From assembly GCA_964352335.1 (NCBI GenBank), contig CAYGRO010000002.1, positions 13,138 through 77,137 of the forward strand: DNA of 64,000 nt, written 5' to 3'. The first letter of the stretch is position 1. Every line of letters begins with the position of its first letter. This DNA comes from an uncultured Gammaproteobacteria bacterium. GTDB taxonomy: Bacteria; Patescibacteriota; Patescibacteriia; VMEV01; CAYQCH01. Shown here piece after piece: positions 1-10,098 of this stretch. The notes beneath the pieces were generated by a model. That model saw nothing but the letters and a program-made list of their open reading frames with translations, made no database searches and was not told the DNA's origin. A program made the translations under genes and the position numbers.

Positions 1-132
1 ACAATTATTTTGATCACCCATGAAACATCGGCCGCTTCGTATGCGCAAAGAACGATAAAGCTCAAAGATGGAAAACTTGTTTCCGATAGAAAGCGTACCT
101 CGCGAGCAAAAAACAGAAAATTCACCAAGTAA
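1..132 (+). CDS. ABC transporter ATP-binding protein, C-terminal fragment (LolD/MacB type; runs off window)
   Basis: Frame 1 reads TIILITHETSAASYAQRTIKLKDGKLVSD...*, with the H-loop ITHE and the LKDG tail typical of this family; lies directly upstream of a MacB-type permease. Confidence 0.85.
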   Translation, partial: TIILITHETSAASYAQRTIKLKDGKLVSDRKRTSRAKNRKFTK

Positions 133-134
133 TT

Positions 135-1379
135 ATGTATATTCGTAGCTCAATTATTATCGCATTGAAAGCATTGTGGCGAAATAAATCTCGTTCAAGT
201 TTAACAATTCTTGGTATTGTTATTGGTATTGCTTCAATAATGATGATTTTCACCATTGGTGAAGGTGCTGAGGTTTCGATACTTGGCGAGCTTAGTGGTC
301 TTGGAGCTGAAACAATTGTCGTCAGACCAGGGAAAGAACCTACCGGTCCATCTGATTTTACAGAAACTCTTTTCTCAGATTCGCTTGTTGTACGAGATAT
401 AATTGCACTAGAAAATAGGGCAAATGTTCCAGGGTTAGTAGATATTTCTCCTGCTGTTATTGTTCCTGGACCAGTTAGTTATGCTGGCGATACGTTTTCT
501 GGAATTACGTTAGGGTGGTCAGGAGATATGCTTCAAACAGCCTTTAATCTCTACCCAGATCAAGGGATCTTTTTTGATGAAGACGCGATCAAAAATAAAC
601 AAAGTGTCGCCGTTATTGGAAAAAAAGTTGAACGTGAGCTCTTTGGTAATAGTTCTGCTTTAGGAGAACAAATAAAAATTAAAGGAAGGAATTTTCGAGT
701 CGTTGGGGTTTTGCCACAAAAAGGACAACTTGCATTCTTTAATGTAGACGAAATGATTGTTATTCCTTGGTCAACAGCACAAACCTATTTATTAGGAATA
801 AGTCATTTTCATGAAATCATTGCAACGGCCCAAAGCCCAGAAGTTGTCGATAGAACGATTAGAGATATAGAAGCGACACTGAGAGAAACACATGGTATAA
901 CCGATCCAGAAAAAGATGATTTTTTTGTTGTTTCGCAAGAAGGGCTTGTTGGTCAAATATCCTCTGTTTTAAGTGTTCTCACACTTTTTTTATCGGCTGT
1001 TGTGGCGATAGCCCTAATTGTTGGTGGAATAGGGGTGATGAATATCATGCTTGTATCTGTGACAGAACGAACAAGAGAAATCGGATTAAGAAAAGCTGTT
1101 GGCGCAACCTACCACGATATTATTACGCAATTCTTATTTGAAGCTGTCATGCTTACATTTCTTGGTGGATTGGTAGGAATTGCAATCGGTGCAATTTTTT
1201 CGATAAGTATTTCTTTACTCATTTCTCAATTTACTCCGTATAGTTGGCCAATTACATTTCCATTAACTGCTGCAATTATCGGGACAATTGGTTCTGTCTT
1301 GGTAGGAGTTGTTTTCGGTTTATATCCTGCAATACAGGCAGCTAAAAAGGATCCTATTGATGCATTAAGATACGAATAG
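135..1379 (+). CDS. MacB/FtsX-family ABC transporter permease
   Basis: RSSLTILGIVIGIAS N-terminus; GGIGVMNIMLVSVTERTREIGLRKAVGA; C-terminal PIDALRYE. Confidence 0.95.
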   Translation: MYIRSSIIIALKALWRNKSRSSLTILGIVIGIASIMMIFTIGEGAEVSILGELSGLGAETIVVRPGKEPTGPSDFTETLFSDSLVVRDIIALENRANVPGLVDISPAVIVPGPVSYAGDTFSGITLGWSGDMLQTAFNLYPDQGIFFDEDAIKNKQSVAVIGKKVERELFGNSSALGEQIKIKGRNFRVVGVLPQKGQLAFFNVDEMIVIPWSTAQTYLLGISHFHEIIATAQSPEVVDRTIRDIEATLRETHGITDPEKDDFFVVSQEGLVGQISSVLSVLTLFLSAVVAIALIVGGIGVMNIMLVSVTERTREIGLRKAVGATYHDIITQFLFEAVMLTFLGGLVGIAIGAIFSISISLLISQFTPYSWPITFPLTAAIIGTIGSVLVGVVFGLYPAIQAAKKDPIDALRYE

Positions 1380-1386
1380 GTGAAAA

Positions 1387-1395
1387 TGCTATACT
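1387..1395 (+). promoter_or_regulatory. extended -10 promoter (TGcTATACT)
   Basis: TGCTATACT ends 8 nt before ATG 1404; no SD sequence. Confidence 0.6.
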
Positions 1396-1403
1396 AAAAC
1401 CAT

Positions 1404-2006
1404 ATGAATAGGGATCAATCAAAAAAACAGGGGTATATATTAAGAAAAGTAATTCATTTTGCAATAAATAGCATATTAGCTATTTGTGCGCTCTTTATAC
1501 CAATTCAATGGAGTATTCCTCTTGCTTTGATAGGGTTATTTATTATTGTTTGTGTGGAAATGATTCGACTTAGAACACGAGCAAAAAAGATGGTAAATAC
1601 TGCATTTAATCCAGTTATCAAAAAAAGTGAAAAGGGGAAATTCAGCGGAGTATTTTGGGAGGCATTTGCGATCGCATTAGTAGTACCAATTGCTTCTCCA
1701 TTGGCATTAAGTTATGCCTTAGCTCTTTATGCCATTGCAGATCCTGGTGCAGCACTTATTGGTAAATATACGAAAAGTCAAAAACTCTATAGAAATAAAA
1801 CAGTGAACGGAACCTTCACGTTCTTTTTCTCCGTTTTTATAGTTGGAATAATTTATCTATTTATTTTTGATATTGGTCCGTGGTTTGTTCTTTGCTCTTT
1901 ATTACTTGCAATTATATTATCGCTTGTAGAGGTATTTAGTGATCCTATCGATGATAATTTCAGTATTATTGTTATTGGAGCATTATTAATAAATGTTCTT
2001 ATTTAA
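1404..2006 (+). CDS. phytol/dolichol kinase-like (CTP_transf_1-like) membrane protein
   Basis: RKVIH, ADPGAALIGK, KTVNGT and DDNFSI motifs; multiple TM helices. Confidence 0.75.
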   Translation: MNRDQSKKQGYILRKVIHFAINSILAICALFIPIQWSIPLALIGLFIIVCVEMIRLRTRAKKMVNTAFNPVIKKSEKGKFSGVFWEAFAIALVVPIASPLALSYALALYAIADPGAALIGKYTKSQKLYRNKTVNGTFTFFFSVFIVGIIYLFIFDIGPWFVLCSLLLAIILSLVEVFSDPIDDNFSIIVIGALLINVLI

Positions 2007-2023
2007 TTGTTGATCTATTTACT

Positions 2024-2923
2024 ATGTTTCCTCATTGGGTTTTCATTGCGATAGCTGGTTATATGAGTATGGCCTTATCTCAGCTATTAGATAAAGCTTT
2101 ATTAAATGTAGCCTTTAAAGAAGTGAAGTCATTCGTTTTTTTGATAGCGATACTAAGTGTTCTGGTCGTCTTCATGATTCCATTTGGGGTTACCTTCATT
2201 TCACCGCAATTACTACTTATCTCAACAATAGGTGGAAGCTTATTTGTTCTAGGCCTCATTCCATTTCTTTCTGCTTTGCAAGGGGATGATGCATCAAGGG
2301 TTATCCCATTAGTTGGAGGTTTAGTTCCCGTGGTGACATTACTTGGTGAAGTTGTTTTTTTAGGAGCAGTATTTACTTCAAGAAATCTCTTAGCTTTTAG
2401 TCTATTGGTCATTGGATCAATTCTTTTAACGGTAACTCATTCTGGATCAAATAGGCGATCATTATTAGCTGTTGGCAAAGCTATTATAGGGGCGACATTA
2501 TTTGCGGCAAGCTTTGTTATTACGAAATACGTATTTGATCAGACCACGTTTATAAATGGTTTTTTCTGGATGAGGGTAGGAAGCTTATTAGTAGCTGTCT
2601 ACCTAATCTTTTTACCAGAAGTACGATCAGGATTAAAAGATTTCTTTAAGAATAATTCAAAACTAATTCAATCGGGGTATTTTGCAACACAAGGGGTTAA
2701 TGCATTGGGGTTCGTACTACAAAGTTTTGCTATTAGTCTGGCGAGTGTAAGTTTAGTAAATGCTCTACAAGGAGCTCAATATTTCTTTGTTATCGCATTT
2801 GTCGCGATAGCTGCTAAGTTTAAGCCAGATTTGCTAGGAGAAAAGATTACGAAAGGGATTATTGTCGAAAAACTAACAGCTGTTGTCATTATTATTGCTG
2901 GAATTGCATTATTAGCACTATAG
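2024..2923 (+). CDS. EamA/DMT-family transporter
   Basis: About 10 TM helices arranged as two repeats; LGEKIT-type C-terminus. Confidence 0.8.
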   Translation: MFPHWVFIAIAGYMSMALSQLLDKALLNVAFKEVKSFVFLIAILSVLVVFMIPFGVTFISPQLLLISTIGGSLFVLGLIPFLSALQGDDASRVIPLVGGLVPVVTLLGEVVFLGAVFTSRNLLAFSLLVIGSILLTVTHSGSNRRSLLAVGKAIIGATLFAASFVITKYVFDQTTFINGFFWMRVGSLLVAVYLIFLPEVRSGLKDFFKNNSKLIQSGYFATQGVNALGFVLQSFAISLASVSLVNALQGAQYFFVIAFVAIAAKFKPDLLGEKITKGIIVEKLTAVVIIIAGIALLAL

Positions 2924-2924
2924 T

Positions 2925-3938
2925 ATGAGTAAACAGGCAAAAAAATTAAAACGCATTGTACTAATATTAGTTGCATCAATTCTTCTATTTGCAATCTTTC
3001 TTGTTTTACCGATTAACCCTAAGTTAAATCCTCTTTCAAAACTTGGGCTTACATTTAGCCCGAAAGCGGCAACCGCACTTGGTTTGGATTGGAAAGAGAT
3101 CTATAAAAAATTATTGGTCGACTTGCAACCAGATGTTATTCGTATCCCAATTTACTGGGATATTTTAGAACCTGTAAATAACGAATTCCATTTTGAAGAT
3201 TTTGATTATCAATTAGATTTATTAGAAGGCACAGATATCGAGGTAATTCTTGCAATTGGTCATAAATTACCTCGATGGCCAGAATGTCATCTCCCTAACT
3301 GGGTTAGTAATTTAGACAATGAGGCTATTGAAATGGAATTACAACAAATGATTGAAACAGTTGTGAAAAACTATCGAAATAACTCTCGTGTCATTACCTG
3401 GCAAGTACAAAATGAAGTGCTTTTTACATTTGGAGAATGCCCTGAATGGTCATCAAATAGAAAAAGATTAAAATCACTTATCACATCTGTACAGAAGCTA
3501 GCTCCAGAAGACAAGGTTGCAACATCAGATAGTGGTGAACTAAGTTTTTGGTTAAAGACCTCTACATTGCCAATTGATACACTGGCTATTAGTTTATACC
3601 GATCCGTCTACAATCCAGATAGAGGAGGGTATTTTTATTGGCCAGTGAACCCGTATTATTATAAAATCCATGCCTTTTTAGTGAGACCATTTGTGCGTGA
3701 AATCATCATTTCTGAATTGCAATTAGAACCATGGGGGCCAGCACCTGTCCAAGATCTTTCTGATGAAGAAGTCTTACTTTCTATTACTCCAGAAGAAATA
3801 GATATTCGATTAGACTTTGCCCAAAGAACTGGAGCGACAACAATTTTAGCATGGGGAGTTGAGTGGTGGTATTATATGCAAGAAGTGCGAGGCAATTCTG
3901 AATTTTTGCAATCAGCTCAAAAATACTTTAATCAATAG
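2925..3938 (+). CDS. membrane-anchored clan GH-A glycoside hydrolase (GH5/GH42-like)
   Basis: N-terminal TM anchor; RIPIYWDILEP; WQVQNEV acid/base motif; ISELQLEPW nucleophile region. Confidence 0.75.
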   Translation: MSKQAKKLKRIVLILVASILLFAIFLVLPINPKLNPLSKLGLTFSPKAATALGLDWKEIYKKLLVDLQPDVIRIPIYWDILEPVNNEFHFEDFDYQLDLLEGTDIEVILAIGHKLPRWPECHLPNWVSNLDNEAIEMELQQMIETVVKNYRNNSRVITWQVQNEVLFTFGECPEWSSNRKRLKSLITSVQKLAPEDKVATSDSGELSFWLKTSTLPIDTLAISLYRSVYNPDRGGYFYWPVNPYYYKIHAFLVRPFVREIIISELQLEPWGPAPVQDLSDEEVLLSITPEEIDIRLDFAQRTGATTILAWGVEWWYYMQEVRGNSEFLQSAQKYFNQ

Positions 3939-3939
3939 T

Positions 3940-5286
3940 ATGGAAAAAATGCATCCAGGTTTTGAACCGAAAAAACCACATCTTCATAAGCCTTTGAAAT
4001 TTCCAAAAGGTTTTCTTTGGGGAGCTGCTACATCGTCTCATCAAGTAGAGGGATATAATGATAAAAATGATTGGTCGGAATGGGAGCAAATAAAAGGAGC
4101 CATTGCTGATGGGCAGTTTTCTGGAAGAGGGCCCGATCATTATCATCTCTTTAGGGAAGATTTCGATTTAGCAGAAGAAATGCATTTGAATTCCTATAGA
4201 ATGTCGCTAGAATGGAGTCGGATTAATCCAGAAGAGGGCGTATTTGATGAAAAGGAAATAGAACATTATAAAACCGTTTTACAAGATTTACAATCAAGAA
4301 ATATCAAAGTAATGCTTACTCTTTGGCATTTTACTTTACCCGTTTGGTTTGCCAAAAAAGGTGGGTTTGCAGATAAGAAGAATCTCAAGCACTTTTACGA
4401 CTATGTAAAAAAATGTGTTTTTGAATTTGAACCGTATGTGGATTTTTGGAATACAATTAATGAACCCAATATATATACAATGATGTCTTATCAATTGGGG
4501 GTTTGGCCACCAGGTGTGAAAAATAACTTTACCGCTTTCAAAGTATTTCATAACTTAGCAATCGTCCACAAAAAAACATACGATATTATCCATCAGAATG
4601 CTCAAAATGAGGTTCAAGTGGGAATTGCGCATAATGTAACCTCTTTTTATGTCTATAACCGCAGATCGTTAACAGATTGGATTTCTGTAAACATGGCAGA
4701 CTGGGCTTGGAATCATTGGTTTTTAGAAAAAACAAAGGGACACCATGATTTTTTGGGGGTAAACTACTATGTTCACAAACGGGTAAAAGGGATTGGTTTA
4801 AAAAATTGGCAAGTGCTTGCTGTTGAAAATCAAGGTGAGGGAAGAGAGCGGTCTGATTTAGAGTGGGAAATCTTCGCCCCTGGTTTTTTTGATGCACTCG
4901 TGAATATGAGTGACTATAATATTCCCATTTATGTAACAGAAAACGGTATTTCAACACTTAATGATCATCAAAGGGCAAGATACCTTATCTCGTATTTGAA
5001 AGAACTTTTTCATGCAATAAAATCTGGTGTAGACATCCGCGGTTACTTTCATTGGGCTTTATTAGATAATTTTGAATGGGACAAGGGTTATAAATCTCGT
5101 TTTGGACTCATTGCCGTGAATTTTGAAACCTTGAAGCGAACGATAAAAGGTTCTGGTAAGCTCTATGGAAGGATTGCACAAATGAATCAAATTGAGCATG
5201 AGTTACTTCGATTTACTGGTCATGCAATTGCACCTGAGGACGTTTTAAAAAACTTACCACCTGAGGCAGAGGTGTTAATGGAATAA
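3940..5286 (+). CDS. glycoside hydrolase family 1 (beta-glucosidase-like)
   Basis: FPKGFLWGAATSSHQVEG, TINEP, YVTENG, DNFEW. Start placed at ATG 3940, just after the upstream stop. Confidence 0.93.
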   Translation: MEKMHPGFEPKKPHLHKPLKFPKGFLWGAATSSHQVEGYNDKNDWSEWEQIKGAIADGQFSGRGPDHYHLFREDFDLAEEMHLNSYRMSLEWSRINPEEGVFDEKEIEHYKTVLQDLQSRNIKVMLTLWHFTLPVWFAKKGGFADKKNLKHFYDYVKKCVFEFEPYVDFWNTINEPNIYTMMSYQLGVWPPGVKNNFTAFKVFHNLAIVHKKTYDIIHQNAQNEVQVGIAHNVTSFYVYNRRSLTDWISVNMADWAWNHWFLEKTKGHHDFLGVNYYVHKRVKGIGLKNWQVLAVENQGEGRERSDLEWEIFAPGFFDALVNMSDYNIPIYVTENGISTLNDHQRARYLISYLKELFHAIKSGVDIRGYFHWALLDNFEWDKGYKSRFGLIAVNFETLKRTIKGSGKLYGRIAQMNQIEHELLRFTGHAIAPEDVLKNLPPEAEVLME

Positions 5287-6025
5287 TAGATTTTTGATGG
5301 TTATTACTATTTGCGATAAGACCTGTTGATGGTCCTCCATCTAGATTTAATGCGATATCAATATCCAAGTCAGAGGCAAGAAGACCTTGCATTAAATTGT
5401 ACAAACTGACAGGTGTTTGGTCGACAATAATAATCAGAAAGTTTCCGATTTTATCTTTCGCTAGTATCGTTCTCCTTGCAATCTTTTCTGAATCTTCCTC
5501 AATACCAGGTAGACCACCTTTGTGGATGATGACTGGAAATGATTGCATGATTGAAATTGTTGAAGTTACTCTGATTGAAGAGGGGATGGCTGAGTCAAGA
5601 ATATCTATTTTTCCATCTTTAATAAAAAGCATTCCAGAAGCATCGGGTGAGTATTGATTATCTCCAATTGTTTGACCATCAATAACTAGCCAACCCGTTG
5701 GATTGTTCATTTCATTGAAAAAACCACCGTTTATAAGGAGGTTTGAATTCAGTTCCGACGCCCATTCAGTAAATCTCTTTGGTTGGTTGTGCTCAATTGA
5801 GCTAATAAAATCAGATGAGTCAAATTTGTATACAATGGTTTCAATGTCTTTTTTGGGAGAAGATAGAACAAATTCTCGATAGATAAGATCTTCATCAATT
5901 GCTTGCCAATGAGTATTTTTTTCTGGCAACTGAAAAGAAAAATTCTTTGTATCAGAAGTACAACCCATTCCTGAAAAACAGAGAGCTGACACAAGTAGTA
6001 GTTTTTTTAACAAAGAGGTATTCAT
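5213..6025 (-). CDS. phosphodiester glycosidase (NAGPA/DUF2233-like) lipoprotein
   Basis: Lipobox-like SGMGC; INGGFF, ARRT and ALNLDGGPST motifs. Confidence 0.85.
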   Translation of the reverse strand: MNTSLLKKLLLVSALCFSGMGCTSDTKNFSFQLPEKNTHWQAIDEDLIYREFVLSSPKKDIETIVYKFDSSDFISSIEHNQPKRFTEWASELNSNLLINGGFFNEMNNPTGWLVIDGQTIGDNQYSPDASGMLFIKDGKIDILDSAIPSSIRVTSTISIMQSFPVIIHKGGLPGIEEDSEKIARRTILAKDKIGNFLIIIVDQTPVSLYNLMQGLLASDLDIDIALNLDGGPSTGLIANSNNHQKSIIPLTPLPQVVSFLKRPQVQLHDQ

Positions 6026-6091
6026 ACTTTCTCAGTTTGAATTAAAGAAAGATTTCTGTCCACAGTAGAAAAAGATCTTTCTAAGTAAACA

Positions 6092-6100
6092 TGATATACT
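6092..6100 (+). promoter_or_regulatory. extended -10 promoter (TGaTATACT)
   Basis: Ends 9 nt before ATG 6110. Confidence 0.55.
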
Positions 6101-6109
6101 AATTACATT

Positions 6110-6562
6110 ATGACAGACGATCATGTAAAATTTGAATATAATATCATCACTGATCTTATTTATCTTGGCACAAACTATTGTTGCGAAGCTCATTTTGATA
6201 AAAAACTTACAGAAATGGGAGTGAAGGCTGAAATTAGTTTAGAAGCTGAAAAATTAGATCAACCTTTTGGGATTAAATATTTTCTTTGGTTGCCAACAAT
6301 TGATCATACAGCTCCAACGCTTGAAGCAATGGCACTTGGTACACAAATGATTCATTTTTTGGTTTCAAGAAATATTAAAATGTTCATTCATTGCAAAAAT
6401 GGGCATGGGAGAGCTCCAACATTAGTAGCTGCTTATCTTGTTTCTACTGGTATGTCTGTGAAAAAAGCAATTAGAGAAATTTCAAAGAAAAGACCAGAGA
6501 TTCACATCGAGCCTGTGCAAGAAGCGATGCTTGAGCAATTTGCGAAAACAGTAAAATGGTAA
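6110..6562 (+). CDS. dual-specificity protein phosphatase family protein
   Basis: CX5R loop HCKNGHGRA; upstream DHTAP general-acid loop. Confidence 0.9.
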   Translation: MTDDHVKFEYNIITDLIYLGTNYCCEAHFDKKLTEMGVKAEISLEAEKLDQPFGIKYFLWLPTIDHTAPTLEAMALGTQMIHFLVSRNIKMFIHCKNGHGRAPTLVAAYLVSTGMSVKKAIREISKKRPEIHIEPVQEAMLEQFAKTVKW

Positions 6563-6563
6563 T

Positions 6564-7124
6564 ATGCCCAATATTTCTTCTCGTTCGTTTATAAAAATTA
6601 TCAGAAATACACTTTTAATCATCTTCGTGGTGGGGCTATTTTTGTTTATAGCTCTTTTTCTCTATTCACTCGCATCACCAGCCAATAAAGAGAGAGCTGA
6701 AAATGATAAACCGGGCTCCGAAAAAATGATACCGCAAGTTTCAGATCAATTCCCAGAAGAAACAAAGTTCGTTCAACAATATTTTTCTCATTTACAAGCT
6801 CAAGAATATGATATTTTACTCAAATCATATTGGACACCTTCTGTAGTGAATGAAATTCGTCAAAATTGTTCAAGTCCTCTTGGAGAAGAACCCTCAACAA
6901 CCACTGAATCTCTTTGGTTAAATTGTGAACACTTACAAGAAATCACGGTAGAAATTATTGCTGTCGAAAAACAGAATATACAAAGCATGGTTACTATTCA
7001 GCTATTCGATAAACAAGGAGATATCGTAGGTTTAGAGTTGCACCCAGAGTGGGTGAGGGGGCATCAAATAATTCTCAAACAAAGTGAAGCTGGATTTAGA
7101 ACGGATAATTGGAAATTTCTTTAA
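6564..7124 (+). CDS. hypothetical membrane-anchored protein
   Basis: N-terminal TM helix; operon-like spacing with neighbours. Confidence 0.65.
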   Translation: MPNISSRSFIKIIRNTLLIIFVVGLFLFIALFLYSLASPANKERAENDKPGSEKMIPQVSDQFPEETKFVQQYFSHLQAQEYDILLKSYWTPSVVNEIRQNCSSPLGEEPSTTTESLWLNCEHLQEITVEIIAVEKQNIQSMVTIQLFDKQGDIVGLELHPEWVRGHQIILKQSEAGFRTDNWKFL

Positions 7125-7126
7125 GT

Positions 7127-8821
7127 ATGATTACTGTTTTTATTGAACTTGCTATCGCCATTGGAATCGCTGTAATTCTTTCTTTTATTATGAAGGCTTT
7201 AAAACAGCCGTTGATTATTGGTTATATTATAACTGGGATCATCGTTGGCCCTTCTTTATTAAGTTATGTCGGAACAGATTCATCTCTTGAAATCTTCGCT
7301 AGTTTAGGGGTTGCATTATTACTTTTCATCGTCGGTTTAGGACTTAATCCACAAATGATTCAGGATGTTGGAAAAGTTTCTGTTATCACAGGAATAGCCC
7401 AAATAATCTTTACTTCAATTTTCGGTTTTTTATTAGGTATTTTACTTGGATTTTCTACCGCATCTGCATTATATATGGCGGTTGCATTCACATTTAGTAG
7501 TACAATCATCATTTTGCGATTGCTTTATGAAAAAGAAGATCAAGATACACTGTATGGCAGAATAGCGATTGGTTTCTTGCTTATTCAAGATCTCGTAGCT
7601 ATGTTGATATTTGTTTTTTTATCGTCAACAGCTGCGGTTGCTGATCATGGAATAGGCTTAGCTATTTTCTTTGTTCTCGCAAAATTACTCGGTGTTGGTA
7701 TCTTTTTATATCTCTTTGCAAAATGGATTATTCCGCTCGTTGATAAGCTTATCATGGATAGTAGGCAATTACAGTTCATTTTTGCGATCGCACTTTGTTT
7801 TGCACTTGCTAGCATCTTTGCATTGCTCGGTTTTTCTTTAGAACTCGGGGCATTAGTAGCTGGAGTATTATTATCTACATCTCCGTTTCATCGAGAAATG
7901 GCAACTCGCATTCAACCATTAAGAGATTTCTTTTTAGTGATCTTTTTTATTTCATTGGGAACACATATGGAGTTTGGAAGTATTCTTGATAATTGGATTG
8001 CAATTGTTTTATTTTCATCATTTGTTTTAATTGGGAATCCACTTATCGTTTTATTCATCATGACAAAACTAGGGCATACAAGAAAAACAGCTTTTTTTGC
8101 TGGTTTAACGGTTGCACAAATTAGTGAGTTTTCCCTTATTATGCTTGGGATAGGGATTTCTGTTGGTCATATACCTCAATCGCTATTAGCGATAGGAACA
8201 TCTGTCGGGTTAATAACCATTGCGGTTTCTTCTTATATGATCACCTATAACGATTATATCTATACAAAGCTAGAAAGATTTCTGAAAGTTATCACACCCT
8301 ATGCTGTTGACCACGAATCAATAAATGATATTAAAAAAGAAAATTTTGAATTACTTATTTTAGGGGCGCATCGGCTTGGGGAAGGAATAATTATGTCTGC
8401 AACAAAAAATAAGACCAGTTATCTTGTTATTGATCATGATCCAACATTAGTTAAACAGTTAAAAGAAAGAGGAGTAAATGCTATTTTTGGATCAGTCGAA
8501 GATGCTGTTTTTTTGGATGAATTAGATTTTTCAAAAACAAAAATGGTCATTTCAACCATTCCAGAAGTAGAATTAAATAGTTTTCTTATTGATTATACAC
8601 ATCAACGAGATGCTAAAATTCAAGTAATTTGTCTAGCTAATCATAGAAGATATGCACAAAGGCTCTATGAAGAAGGTGCTACCTATGTCATTATGCCATT
8701 TTATTTAAGCAGACAATTTGTAGTTGATATGTTTGATCAATATGCTTTTAGCAGGTCTAAGTATTCAGCTGAGCGAAAAAAGCATTTGCAACAATTACGT
8801 TATATCTCTCATAAATATTAA
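7127..8821 (+). CDS. CPA2 cation:proton antiporter (KefB/KefC-like) with TrkA-N domain
   Basis: FSSTIII, LLIQDL, QISEFS motifs; C-terminal RCK-like domain (GAHRLG, VIDHDP). Start placed at ATG 7127. Confidence 0.9.
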   Translation: MITVFIELAIAIGIAVILSFIMKALKQPLIIGYIITGIIVGPSLLSYVGTDSSLEIFASLGVALLLFIVGLGLNPQMIQDVGKVSVITGIAQIIFTSIFGFLLGILLGFSTASALYMAVAFTFSSTIIILRLLYEKEDQDTLYGRIAIGFLLIQDLVAMLIFVFLSSTAAVADHGIGLAIFFVLAKLLGVGIFLYLFAKWIIPLVDKLIMDSRQLQFIFAIALCFALASIFALLGFSLELGALVAGVLLSTSPFHREMATRIQPLRDFFLVIFFISLGTHMEFGSILDNWIAIVLFSSFVLIGNPLIVLFIMTKLGHTRKTAFFAGLTVAQISEFSLIMLGIGISVGHIPQSLLAIGTSVGLITIAVSSYMITYNDYIYTKLERFLKVITPYAVDHESINDIKKENFELLILGAHRLGEGIIMSATKNKTSYLVIDHDPTLVKQLKERGVNAIFGSVEDAVFLDELDFSKTKMVISTIPEVELNSFLIDYTHQRDAKIQVICLANHRRYAQRLYEEGATYVIMPFYLSRQFVVDMFDQYAFSRSKYSAERKKHLQQLRYISHKY

Positions 8822-8832
8822 TAGAAAAAACT

Positions 8833-9171
8833 ATGATGTTACTATTTCGTCTTATTCTCAATACAGCGGCCTTACTTTTATTACCTTATATCATTAGCGG
8901 GATACAAGTAGAAGGGGTCTATACGGCATTTATTTCAGCCATTATTTTGGGATTATTAAATATTAGTATTCGTCCTTTAGTAAAACTACTCACATTGCCA
9001 ATTAGTATTTTAACTCTTGGTTTATTTGCACTAATAATTAATGCACTATTCTTCTGGTTTGTTGCAAGCTTTGTCGATGGGTTTTCTGTAGTTGGTTTTT
9101 GGCCAGCATTTTTAGGTGCTCTTATTATGAGCATTGTTAGTTGGCTTACAAATCAATTACTAAAGTCTTAG
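8833..9171 (+). CDS. 4-TMS holin-like membrane protein (YvlD-like)
   Basis: IRPLVKLLTLPISILTLGLFALIINA signature. Confidence 0.85.
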   Translation: MMLLFRLILNTAALLLLPYIISGIQVEGVYTAFISAIILGLLNISIRPLVKLLTLPISILTLGLFALIINALFFWFVASFVDGFSVVGFWPAFLGALIMSIVSWLTNQLLKS

Positions 9172-10095
9172 CTAGCTAAGACTTTGTTCGTGGAATTTAT
9201 GATATCCACTTATAAAATCCTTTGGAGTCATTTCTTTTTTTCCTTCAACTTGCAGTCGTTCTAAAATGAGTACTCCATTTTGGCAAAAAATCTCGATTTG
9301 GTTGTGATCAAATACAATGGTACCAGCTGGTTTAAGTTCATCTCGTAGTTCTGGAGTAGCTTGAATTACTTTAAGGCGTTTTGTGTCTGGTAATAATGTC
9401 CAAGCGATTGGCCAATCATAAGAAGCTCGAATAAGTTGGTCAATTTCTTCAACTGATTTAGACCAGTCAATTTTTGCATCTTCTTTTTTGATCATCTCTG
9501 TATAAGTTGCTTGATCATGATTTTGTTGTTTGGGCTTCATTTTTCCAGACAGAAAATCGGGAAGAATACGAGTAAGTGTTTCAGCTCCAATATGAGCTAA
9601 TTTAGAATGCAAAGATCGATATGTTTCTTTTTCATCTAAATCGATAGATTTTTGAAAAATAATATCACCATGATCCATTTTTGCATCCATCATCATAATA
9701 GTGATACCTGATTCATCTAGTCCATCACGAACAGCTGCTTGAATAGGAGATGAGCCTCTATATGCAGGTAAAAGGGAGGTATGAACATTAATAGAAGCCT
9801 TTTTTGGGATATCTAAAGTAGATTGTGGAATGATTTTACCGTATGAAGCAACGATAAGTACATCTAAATCATATTTTTTTAATTCCTCATTAATTGCATC
9901 TACTTTTTCTGGTTGAAGTAAAGGAATTCGATGATGATCTGCTACAGATTTAACTGCTGGTGGTGTTAAAACTTGTTTTCTACCAACGGGCTTGTCAGGC
10001 ATGGTTACAATGACAGAAGGGTAGTAAAAGTCACTAATCAGTTTTTCAATAATAGCTACGGAAAAATCATCTGTTCCAAAAAAAGCAAATTTCAT
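9172..10095 (-). CDS. fmt: methionyl-tRNA formyltransferase
   Basis: FFGTDDF, PDKPVGRK, INVHTSLLPAYRGSSPIQ, MDHGDI; adjacent to def. Confidence 0.97.
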   Translation of the reverse strand: MKFAFFGTDDFSVAIIEKLISDFYYPSVIVTMPDKPVGRKQVLTPPAVKSVADHHRIPLLQPEKVDAINEELKKYDLDVLIVASYGKIIPQSTLDIPKKASINVHTSLLPAYRGSSPIQAAVRDGLDESGITIMMMDAKMDHGDIIFQKSIDLDEKETYRSLHSKLAHIGAETLTRILPDFLSGKMKPKQQNHDQATYTEMIKKEDAKIDWSKSVEEIDQLIRASYDWPIAWTLLPDTKRLKVIQATPELRDELKPAGTIVFDHNQIEIFCQNGVLILERLQVEGKKEMTPKDFISGYHKFHEQSLS

Positions 10096-10098
10096 ACG

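Noticed and set aside
8833-9171. Holin-family gene as evidence of a prophage
   Set aside because: YvlD-like proteins are common chromosomal genes, and no phage genes are nearby.
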